DNA of 37,418 nucleotides, from positions 1 to 37,418 of IMG/VR virus record IMGVR_UViG_3300031519_000079. One strand, 5' to 3'. Within the stretch, counting starts at the first letter, position 1; every line of letters begins with the position of its first letter. Under the pieces are notes generated by a model. It was not told where the DNA came from, ran no database searches, and saw only the letters and a program-made list of their open reading frames with translations. A program made the translations under genes and the position numbers. Shown here piece after piece: positions 1 to 7,657 of the stretch. This DNA is from a virus (taxonomy: Duplodnaviria > Caudoviricetes).

Positions 1-504
1 TACTCTTCTTTCAGTAACAATACCTGTCGTATTACTACGAATTACATAAGCATAAGTTCCACCATTATCCTCAAAATAAGCACCATTATTATCATCAAAC
101 AATCCAAACCTTCTACGAATACCAACTTGTGGAGTGTCAAGACGAATTGAAAAGGCAAGAGTAGCACCTCTGCCAGGAATGTATCTCATTACATTCTTAG
201 TCTGACGAACCACACTACTACCAGCAGCAGAACCAACTTCCATTACTATATTACTGGATGATGCATTAAAGGTAGCAGTTGCACCGACTCCGACTAATCT
301 TTCATCCCATACATCAGTTTCTTTGCCGTACTGGAAGGTATTGAAGAAGATTGTTTGATATGGAGAAACCTTTAATCTATTGTTATTAGAGAAATTAGGT
401 CTCCAATCCGTCTGGTTTCCCCAGTGATCAGCAATATTATATACCTCAAATAGACTTCTCTCTTGATTGAGAAAGTCCTGTGTATTCTTATTCCACTGTG
501 CCAT
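1..504 (-). CDS. Conserved cyanophage-type hypothetical protein, probably virion-associated (partial; C-terminus runs off the left edge)
   Basis: Not in the ORF track. ATG at 504, 3 nt after the stop of the upstream gene. Manual translation is open to position 1: MAQWNKNTQDFLNQERSLFEVYNIADHWGNQTDWRP...VRQTKNVMRYIPGR...RRRFGLFDDNNGAYFE... Confidence 0.8.
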   Translation of the reverse strand, partial: MAQWNKNTQDFLNQERSLFEVYNIADHWGNQTDWRPNFSNNNRLKVSPYQTIFFNTFQYGKETDVWDERLVGVGATATFNASSSNIVMEVGSAAGSSVVRQTKNVMRYIPGRGATLAFSIRLDTPQVGIRRRFGLFDDNNGAYFEDNGGTYAYVIRSNTTGIVTERRV

Positions 505-507
505 GAA

Positions 508-849
508 TTAAACCCAATCTAGTTTTGCTGGATGATATCTTTTAACTTCTCCAATTTGAATTTTAGACTTTTTTCTTTCTGCTGGTTTTTCAATTGGATA
601 AACATTTTGAACGATTGCTCCCGGATAATCTCCCTGAATCTCCTCTGTCAAATTTTTATTGGAGGGGAGATCTCCATCAATAGTAAACCCCATTCGATAG
701 AGATTTCCTTCCCATACAATGTCGGCAACAAACTCTTCACCGACAGATTCTGGTTGTTGATATTCTTGATCACCACTCATAATTATAGTACCATGAAAGT
801 CTCCGGTAATATTGATGTCTTCCGAGAGAAATTTTTTGAAGGATTTCAT
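508..849 (-). CDS. Putative internal head protein with a T4 capsid-targeting-like N-terminus (113 aa)
   Basis: Likely start is the ATG at 849, overlapping the upstream stop (TGATG), giving MKSFKKFLSE. This resembles the T4 internal-protein capsid targeting sequence MKTYQEFIAE. The ORF track starts at 861. Confidence 0.7.
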   Translation of the reverse strand: MKSFKKFLSEDINITGDFHGTIIMSGDQEYQQPESVGEEFVADIVWEGNLYRMGFTIDGDLPSNKNLTEEIQGDYPGAIVQNVYPIEKPAERKKSKIQIGEVKRYHPAKLDWV

Positions 850-2546
850 CAGCAGCTCCAAGCTCTAAGTGATTTGTTAATTCTGCTATTGGGATCACTA
901 GCAGTTTTTGAAGAAGTTAGTTTCTTTTTCATGCCTTTCATCCTTGCACAGAATGAAGCACGACGAGGATTACCAACTTTTTTTGAAGGTGCTTTGAGAT
1001 CTGATCCAGAATTCTCGCGCTCATAAGACTTACGACCCTTTTCATTGAGACCGCCTTCTTTGTTCTTACCTTCTTTACGTTGCCAAGCAGCAGAAGATTC
1101 TGTCTGAACGTTCATGTCAGTTTTTTTCTTCTGCTTCAATGCTTTTTGTTGAAGTTGAAGTTTCTGACGATTGAGAACAAGTTGTCTACGCTGAATCATT
1201 TGATCTCTACGATCTAGCGCATCATTGTTTCCCGGTGCTTGCTCCTCAGCAACTCTGATCAACGGTTGAGATGGATCAGGAGTGGATGGAGAATACTGAG
1301 TAACGCGAGCATCCGGGTATACCTTTTGAACAGCGTCTGTAATTTCTGCTTTACTAGGAACTCTCAGCGATGGGAAGAACAATTGAGTCATATAAAACTT
1401 ACCTCGGAAGGTAAGGAAGATTCTCATGACTTGACCATTCTGACGAGGAATGGTAGCTGCTTCTTGTACTTCAAACTCTTCACTCTTCGTCTTCTTGACA
1501 CAGTTTGGATATCTCTTTCCAAACATAGTCTTCATACCTTTCTTCTCATACCCTTTCCAACATGCTTCACCAAGTTTGTTTGTCTTGACAAAACCATTTG
1601 CTTCAAGAGCAGCAATTTGAGAAGGGGAGAATCCTTCTTTCTTAGTGCTATTACCCCAGTTAGCAGCACCTTTCTTACGGCACTTAACTAATGCACCAGA
1701 TGCATATGCAGAAGGCCATACAGAATAACGAGATTTTACTTTGTGATAGCAGGCATCTTTGGTCCCACTACCTTTACCTTTCTTATCTTCTTCTGAAAAT
1801 ACATCCTCTCTTCTCATTTTTTTGAACCCTGATGCTTTCAATCTTGCTTTTTCTGCTTTTCTTTCAGATTGTCTCTTTCTGAATAATGCCTCTGAGGGAC
1901 TTAACCCTGATACATCTGTCTTATTTGCTATTGCCTTATCCTTTGCCTTATTATCTTCTTTTTCTCTTTTTAATTTTGCAGCAACTTCATCATTACTAAC
2001 AGCACCAACTACTTTACCTTTAACTTTTCCTAACTTTGCAACACGTGCCCTCCCAGAGGTAACATTTTCACCAAGTGCATTCATTTCCTCTTTCATTTTC
2101 TTTTTGTCAGTTGAAACGTAAGTTGGTTTAGCAGCACCAGATTTTGATTGTTGTCCTGGATCTGCTTTCTTTTTGCGACGAGATGCAGAGAGTCTCTCTG
2201 ACTTACTCATGCTTGCTCGTTTTGATGATGAAACACATTTAGGTGTCCCTTCACCTGGTTTGTCACTGGCGCAAGTCCCACCTGTGACGACGTTGACCCA
2301 ACCACCTTTACCATCCTTTGACTTGGATCCTTTAAACCACTTGTTGAGGGAACCTTCGCTAACTCCACCATTAGAGCCCCCATTCCCATTTCCATTCCCA
2401 TTCTTAGTCTCATCATCTACGCTATGCCCATTTTCTTTGCGTAACATTCCAGCTGCTCCTACAACCTTAAATCCCTTAGGGATGGATTTACACTTTTTAT
2501 CAGTGTAACAATAGTATTGACCTGCTGGACACTTGCCGTTTTTCAT
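849..2546 (-). CDS. Lys-rich modular hypothetical protein with a DUF6321-like C-terminal domain; probable head-internal protein
   Basis: 565/566-aa ORF (ATG 2546, TTG 2549) just downstream of a perfect TATAAATA. Modules: CPAGQYYC..KKC, SLNKWF..C..PKC, DACYHKVKSRYSVWPSAYASGALVKCRK, CWKGY..YPNCV, and AAWQRKEGKN..GGLN..RRASFCARM..LRAWSC. Confidence 0.75.
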   Translation of the reverse strand: MKNGKCPAGQYYCYTDKKCKSIPKGFKVVGAAGMLRKENGHSVDDETKNGNGNGNGGSNGGVSEGSLNKWFKGSKSKDGKGGWVNVVTGGTCASDKPGEGTPKCVSSSKRASMSKSERLSASRRKKKADPGQQSKSGAAKPTYVSTDKKKMKEEMNALGENVTSGRARVAKLGKVKGKVVGAVSNDEVAAKLKREKEDNKAKDKAIANKTDVSGLSPSEALFRKRQSERKAEKARLKASGFKKMRREDVFSEEDKKGKGSGTKDACYHKVKSRYSVWPSAYASGALVKCRKKGAANWGNSTKKEGFSPSQIAALEANGFVKTNKLGEACWKGYEKKGMKTMFGKRYPNCVKKTKSEEFEVQEAATIPRQNGQVMRIFLTFRGKFYMTQLFFPSLRVPSKAEITDAVQKVYPDARVTQYSPSTPDPSQPLIRVAEEQAPGNNDALDRRDQMIQRRQLVLNRQKLQLQQKALKQKKKTDMNVQTESSAAWQRKEGKNKEGGLNEKGRKSYERENSGSDLKAPSKKVGNPRRASFCARMKGMKKKLTSSKTASDPNSRINKSLRAWSC

Positions 2547-2569
2547 CAATTATGAGAGTGGCCTCTTCT

Positions 2570-2577
2570 TATTTATA
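2570..2577 (-). promoter_or_regulatory. T4-type late promoter (gp55-dependent)
   Basis: Perfect TATAAATA on the minus strand, about 24 nt upstream of ATG 2546, overlapping the TAA of the upstream gene. Confidence 0.8.
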
Positions 2578-2743
2578 AGTCTATAAGTGTTAGAGGGTCA
2601 GAAGAGATAGTTGCAATGCCTGAGTTTATCTCAATTCTGTTCGCGTAAAAATCTAATCTTTTTGCCTTACCGACATCTTGACCATCACTGGAAATACCAA
2701 TCTCTCCTCCACCACCATTCTTTTCGCTAATGAGTTTAGGCAT
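2573..2743 (-). CDS. Small hypothetical protein (56 aa)
   Basis: Below the ORF-track cutoff. MPKLISEKNGGGGEIGISSDGQDVGKAKRLDFYANRIEINSGIATISSDPLTLIDL*. It fills the gap exactly, overlaps the upstream gene by 8 nt, and carries the SGIAT motif shared with the structural proteins. Confidence 0.75.
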   Translation of the reverse strand: MPKLISEKNGGGGEIGISSDGQDVGKAKRLDFYANRIEINSGIATISSDPLTLIDL

Positions 2744-3068
2744 TTGCTGTCTCCAAAACAGAAACTAAAACTTTTAATGTAGTATTGGCACCTGCCTTTG
2801 CAATTAAAGAATCACCTGTTTCTAAAACAAGTTTGCCATCCATTGGGACATATGCATCATTTACTGGAACATTAGATTCCTTTGCAATCTCTGTGGTTAC
2901 GGAACTCCTTTTATGAGACATGGTAACTGTTGTTGCGCCAGACCCATAGTTTGTCACATGGGCATATAGAACAATTCCAGTGTATCCATTAGGAGCAGTA
3001 TAGATGGTTTGATCTACTGTGGTAAGTTGTTTAGTTTCTGTTTGAAACCTATTAAGTGCAAGTGCCAT
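2736..3068 (-). CDS. Small beta-strand-rich phage protein, probably structural (110 aa)
   Basis: TIYTAP.G..IV..NY...KLVLETGD.L pattern typical of small marine phage virion proteins. Starts 1 nt after the upstream stop. Confidence 0.75.
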   Translation of the reverse strand: MALALNRFQTETKQLTTVDQTIYTAPNGYTGIVLYAHVTNYGSGATTVTMSHKRSSVTTEIAKESNVPVNDAYVPMDGKLVLETGDSLIAKAGANTTLKVLVSVLETANA

Positions 3069-3069
3069 T

Positions 3070-6000
3070 CTAACTGAGTGCTAAGATAAAGGGAGTAATT
3101 TCTGAGAACAAACTCTTGGAGAAAGCTCTACCACTAATTGTACCAGTGCTTTGATTGATCTGTAAGTCATCTCCAATTCGGAAGTTACCTGCCTGATCAG
3201 TGCTTGTATAAACGACCCTACCACCATTGTCGGTGAAGACTTCATTTGCTTGGATAGTAACACCACCACGTTTCGGTGTAGCATTCTGAATAGTATTTCC
3301 AGAACCAATGTATTCAAAGGTGTGAGAACTAGCAACAACCCTACTTAACTGATGGAAGTAGGTAGTCGTACCAGCACCTATATCATTATTTAGATTCTCT
3401 TCTAACGTGATAGTTGAAATACCACTTATAGTTTCGGTAGAGGAAGCAATAGTATAGTAAATTGGTTCCATAACAGCTGTTGCAGTTGCACCAGAACCAC
3501 CACCACCTGTAATAGTAACTGTTGGTGTAGATGCAAATTGATTACCACCAGAAATTAAAGTTACAGATTCTACCGTATTGCCATTAAGACTTGCAAAAGC
3601 AGTTGATGCTGTACCGCTAGGTCCAGTAGGAGCTGTGATAATGACATTTGGAGTTGATGTGTATCCACTTCCACCATTTGTTACTTTAATTGAAGTGATT
3701 GTCTGATAAAGAACATCAAAATAAACACCTTGTCCATCATATGGTCTAGCAGTTCCTAATCCAGAAACTACAATTTCTTTCTGATCAGCAGTTGTAGTTC
3801 CAGAAGATACTGCGCTAGCAAACTGCCTTGCACCAACACCTCTGGAAACAAGACCAAAAGTACCAAAACTACAATTGCTGTTTGCTACATCTGCTTGACC
3901 ACCAGAGTCACAGGTAATTGCTTCGTTGCAACAAATAGTAAAGATGGAAACCAACTGAGCATATCCTTCATTGGTTACGGCAATACCTACACCACCTTGA
4001 TTATATTGAGTGAATGAGTCGAAGTTCATAGACTTCAACAATGGTGCTTGATTACCATCAATTCTTGCACCAGTGCCTGTTGTAGTATCACTAGTGCAGT
4101 TCTGAACATATGGACCCTTCCATTTGCCACCACCCTGGTTCACAGCAGCGTCAGCAGTTGGGAATGCGATGGCCGCGGCAGGTGCTCTGTGACCAGTGAA
4201 AGTCATGTTTGCAATCTTCGATGCTTTTCTAACATGGAAGATATCACTAGTTGCATTATTAGGAATAACTGTAACAGTTCTCTGATCATCACCAACGATT
4301 GAACAGAATGCTGGAACTTGAATTGGATTGTTCTCAGTGTAATTACCAGAGAGAACTTTAATAACTGTTCCTGTTGTAGCAACCCCGGCAGCTGCTTTAA
4401 TAGTCAGTTTAGCATTATCGATAGACGTTCCATTATCATCGTCGTTACCATCTTTTGCAACATACAAAACGTTTGGTGCTGAGTTGATACCAGTTGCAGT
4501 AGAGTTGATGGTTACGTTATCGCCAAGCACGACTTGCGTATTGGTAATCGTAACAATACCAACACTAATCTTTTCACTTGCACCGTCAATTGTGACCGAT
4601 GCTGTACCAATAGTGAGGACACCAGTTACTCTTGCATCACCGTTGACAATAAGAGCAGTTGTAGCCGTCCCTGTATTGACAATGGCACCATTTCTAAAAG
4701 TTGAAATACCAAGAACATCAATATTGGTAACATCTTCATATGTGACTGTGCCAGCAGCAGAGATATTTCCGGTAACTTCTACATCACCAACAACATATAA
4801 GGATGTCCCTGTCTTTGCCTGAGTCGTACCGATACCAACAATTCTAGTTGTTGATACGCCTACATCATTGGAGAACCAAGTTCCACCAACACCAGTTCCA
4901 CTGTTAGCAACAGTCTTCCACTTTGAACTCGCAGAATCATATTGTAAAATGTATTCATTGTCGAGACCAGTGATATCAACATCATCAAGATCTTTAATGA
5001 ATCCAGCACCACCGCCACCCATTGTGGACATTTGGGTTTGGATTCTATTGATAAAAATTCTATAATGAGATGCAAGATCACTTAGAGTGGCAAACTTTTG
5101 ATCTAATGGTGTAAGTGGATCTTGGCCAGAACCAATATTCTCTGCTTCATCAGGAGGTTCAGTAAGAAGATAATTTTCCTGTAAGTCCTCTACCTTTTCT
5201 TGTCTTACTTGAATCTGCTCAACAATCTCTCTCAGACTCTCAAAGTTTTTGAGTTCCTTTTTGATTTTTTTGAGTTCTTCTTCGTAGTATTTTGGTTTGG
5301 GTAAACCACTAAGTTTTGTTTTTAATGATTCTACTTCTTCATCTAATTTATTTCCAACAAACTCAAACTTTTCATTCAATGAAGTCTGAATACGTTTTAC
5401 AGTTTCCTCAGTAACTTCTTGTAAATGATCTACTTTATTATCTACTTGATCTGAGAATGAAATCTCAAACTCTTTTTGATTTTCTTTAAGTTTCTTTTGT
5501 AGTTTCCAAACAATATCAGACTGTTCCTTTAACTGACCATAGATCTGATTTTTGAGATCATTTACCCTATTATGTACGTTTTTGAAATCAATCTTTGATT
5601 CAAATGCTAACGTATCTTTCTCATCTTGGATCCTATTTAATTCTGCTTCAATCTGATCTGATAAAGTTTGTACGCAATCCTTTACTAAATTAAATCTTTC
5701 GTCAACAGTATTAAAAGTTTGTCCTACCCAAGTAAAATCGGGAACCTCTGATACCTTTTCAATCCATACCGGAAGAGTTGGAATAGATTCTTTTACAGAC
5801 TGAACCGACTCCTTAATTGCTTCTAGTTCTTCTTCGTAATATCTTACTTCTGGAACAACAGGGATAGATTCTCTTACATCATCAATAACTTCACAGAGTG
5901 CTTCTAATTCTTTATCGTATGATTTAATTTCTGGAACTTCTGGAATACTTTCTTTAACATCATTGATCAGACGGAGAAGTTCTCCCCATTCTGGTGCCTG

Positions 6001-6165
6001 AACAAGATCAGTTACTTCAATCTTTGCATTTCCATCAGCATCATCAATTATCTGTGTTTCTTCTTCTACTTCTTCTGTCTCAATAAAATCCTCAACAGAA
6101 GGAAGATCACCCTGCCCTACGATATCCTCAATGGATGGTAACTCGTTATTATGCTCTTCGGGCAT
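3070..6165 (-). CDS. Large virion-associated protein: acidic coiled-coil N-terminus, fibre-like middle, pectin-lyase-like beta-helix C-terminus
   Basis: ORF of about 1030 aa (ATG 6165, alternative GTG 6174). Contains a Glu/Lys heptad region, a GGGGAG..DLDDVD linker, VGIGT repeats, and VLYVAKDGND.D.G....A..TI..AA....G..I.V..G.Y.E, a typical beta-helix cap. Confidence 0.75.
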   Translation of the reverse strand: MPEEHNNELPSIEDIVGQGDLPSVEDFIETEEVEEETQIIDDADGNAKIEVTDLVQAPEWGELLRLINDVKESIPEVPEIKSYDKELEALCEVIDDVRESIPVVPEVRYYEEELEAIKESVQSVKESIPTLPVWIEKVSEVPDFTWVGQTFNTVDERFNLVKDCVQTLSDQIEAELNRIQDEKDTLAFESKIDFKNVHNRVNDLKNQIYGQLKEQSDIVWKLQKKLKENQKEFEISFSDQVDNKVDHLQEVTEETVKRIQTSLNEKFEFVGNKLDEEVESLKTKLSGLPKPKYYEEELKKIKKELKNFESLREIVEQIQVRQEKVEDLQENYLLTEPPDEAENIGSGQDPLTPLDQKFATLSDLASHYRIFINRIQTQMSTMGGGGAGFIKDLDDVDITGLDNEYILQYDSASSKWKTVANSGTGVGGTWFSNDVGVSTTRIVGIGTTQAKTGTSLYVVGDVEVTGNISAAGTVTYEDVTNIDVLGISTFRNGAIVNTGTATTALIVNGDARVTGVLTIGTASVTIDGASEKISVGIVTITNTQVVLGDNVTINSTATGINSAPNVLYVAKDGNDDDNGTSIDNAKLTIKAAAGVATTGTVIKVLSGNYTENNPIQVPAFCSIVGDDQRTVTVIPNNATSDIFHVRKASKIANMTFTGHRAPAAAIAFPTADAAVNQGGGKWKGPYVQNCTSDTTTGTGARIDGNQAPLLKSMNFDSFTQYNQGGVGIAVTNEGYAQLVSIFTICCNEAITCDSGGQADVANSNCSFGTFGLVSRGVGARQFASAVSSGTTTADQKEIVVSGLGTARPYDGQGVYFDVLYQTITSIKVTNGGSGYTSTPNVIITAPTGPSGTASTAFASLNGNTVESVTLISGGNQFASTPTVTITGGGGSGATATAVMEPIYYTIASSTETISGISTITLEENLNNDIGAGTTTYFHQLSRVVASSHTFEYIGSGNTIQNATPKRGGVTIQANEVFTDNGGRVVYTSTDQAGNFRIGDDLQINQSTGTISGRAFSKSLFSEITPFILALS

Positions 6166-6185
6166 TTCTGTCACAACTTTTTTAC

Positions 6186-6602
6186 CTATTTATTTTGGGA
6201 CTTTTGGGCATCTTTTAGCATCCTAGTTAAATCAGCAGTTGATCCAACAAAAAGAGCATTGGTAACATTGGTAGGACCTTTTTGTATGTCCTCCTCAACA
6301 TCTTTTAGTTTCTTCTGCAAGTCCATTAACTTGTCAGTTGCATCAGAAACACTTTTGATTAATTGACCAGCGACTTCATATGCACGTGGCATTTCACTTT
6401 CCTGAGCCAATTCGAGAATGCCGTTAATTGCTTCTTGACCTTTCTCAATTATACTATAAAGATTACCTCTTGTATACTCATAATCTTTTTTGACATCTGT
6501 CTTTTCTCTGTCAAGAGGTGCTTTCACTACCTTAACTTCTTTTGTTGCTTCGACAATATCGCTTGCAACATCAAATGTATCTTCTAGGTTATCAAACTTC
6601 AT
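6186..6602 (-). CDS. gp16: Terminase small subunit
   Basis: DYEYTRGNL, ESEMPRAYEVAGQLIK and NALFVGST.DL motifs. Directly follows gp15 with an ATGA overlap. Confidence 0.93.
   Translation of the reverse strand: MKFDNLEDTFDVASDIVEATKEVKVVKAPLDREKTDVKKDYEYTRGNLYSIIEKGQEAINGILELAQESEMPRAYEVAGQLIKSVSDATDKLMDLQKKLKDVEEDIQKGPTNVTNALFVGSTADLTRMLKDAQKSQNK
6187..6194 (-). promoter_or_regulatory. T4-type late promoter
   Basis: AATAAATA on the minus strand at the end of gp16, just upstream of the 1030-aa gene. Confidence 0.65.
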
Positions 6603-7627
6603 GACATGTCCGTGCTAAAATCTTGATAGAATGAAGTTGTCTCATTGAAACCAAAGTCATCTCCGACTTCAATAAGAGCATCATCAGCAGTATTCAAGAT
6701 ATTAACACCAGTTCCTTGAACATGATCCACAGCGATTGTTCCATCTTGACCTCTTCTTACTTTCAGATTGTTGCCAGTAATAGATTCAATATACAGTTCT
6801 TCACTATTAATAGTCACATAAGTATTCTCACTAAACGGTGTTGTTGTAGTGAGAGTAAGAATAGTCTCGGTGGATTCGATGTCCTCGTCTAAGTATGCAG
6901 ATGCATCTCCAACGTAGTTTTTGGTTGCCCTTGGTGTAACAGTGTAACGAAGTTCCCTTCTTGGATTTTTCGTATCTATATTGGTCATGTAATTCAGGGT
7001 AGCCTTCTTGATAATACCAGTGGTCTGATCTGGTGTAGGACCGAACAGATAGGTCTTAGCGGTAAATCTTAGTGTATAAATGAGAGCTCTTCTAGTAGAA
7101 AAGTCACCTTCATAATCGTCAGTAAAATTTACAGAATCAAGAATGATTGGAATATCTCTCTTCTCATTAATCTCACCAACCATTTGAATGGTAACGTTAT
7201 ACGCTGGTTGGAAATATGGTAAAATTTGTTCAATAATTTGAAGAGCATCATCATTTAACTTCGTCATGATACTCAATTCAAATGCCATATTATAAGGAAC
7301 TGGCATGTATGCTTTTTTAATAGTCGAAGTTGAATCGACTTTTTTGGATAAGAATGTTTGAGTTTGAGAAACCTTTCTACTAGGATCGTAAGTTAAACCA
7401 GTAAACTCAAATGACATCCTTGGTAAAGTAATGGATGTTGGTTTATTGAGTTGAGGTGTCTGCTCAATTCTTGCTAAAAACTTTTGTGATGGTCCATATG
7501 CCAAAGGAACCTTCATCACACTTACAATAGATCCATCATCAGTGTGTTTGATAGTTATGTTATTGAATAGCGTACCGAACCCAATAACGGTCCTTCTCAA
7601 TACCTCATTGTAAAAGTATTCAAACAT
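6599..7627 (-). CDS. gp15: Tail sheath stabilizer / tail completion protein
   Basis: YFYNE..RR..FGTLFN, VPLAYGP.QKF, LPRMSFE, PVPYN..FEL and QIIEQILPYFQP motifs; synteny. Confidence 0.94.
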   Translation of the reverse strand: MFEYFYNEVLRRTVIGFGTLFNNITIKHTDDGSIVSVMKVPLAYGPSQKFLARIEQTPQLNKPTSITLPRMSFEFTGLTYDPSRKVSQTQTFLSKKVDSTSTIKKAYMPVPYNMAFELSIMTKLNDDALQIIEQILPYFQPAYNVTIQMVGEINEKRDIPIILDSVNFTDDYEGDFSTRRALIYTLRFTAKTYLFGPTPDQTTGIIKKATLNYMTNIDTKNPRRELRYTVTPRATKNYVGDASAYLDEDIESTETILTLTTTTPFSENTYVTINSEELYIESITGNNLKVRRGQDGTIAVDHVQGTGVNILNTADDALIEVGDDFGFNETTSFYQDFSTDMS

Positions 7628-7649
7628 CTTTGTAGTCCATTGTTATAGT

Positions 7650-7657
7650 TATTTAGA
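7650..7657 (-). promoter_or_regulatory. T4-type late promoter
   Basis: TCTAAATA overlapping the gp14 stop, about 22 nt upstream of the gp15 ATG. Confidence 0.7.

Noticed and set aside
2365-2405. Short CCATT(C/T) tandem repeat
   Set aside because: It simply encodes a GNGNGNGG linker; no evidence of phase variation.
3387-3394. Internal TCTAAATA within the 1030-aa gene
   Set aside because: It lies more than 300 nt from the next start, and such matches are expected by chance in AT-rich DNA.
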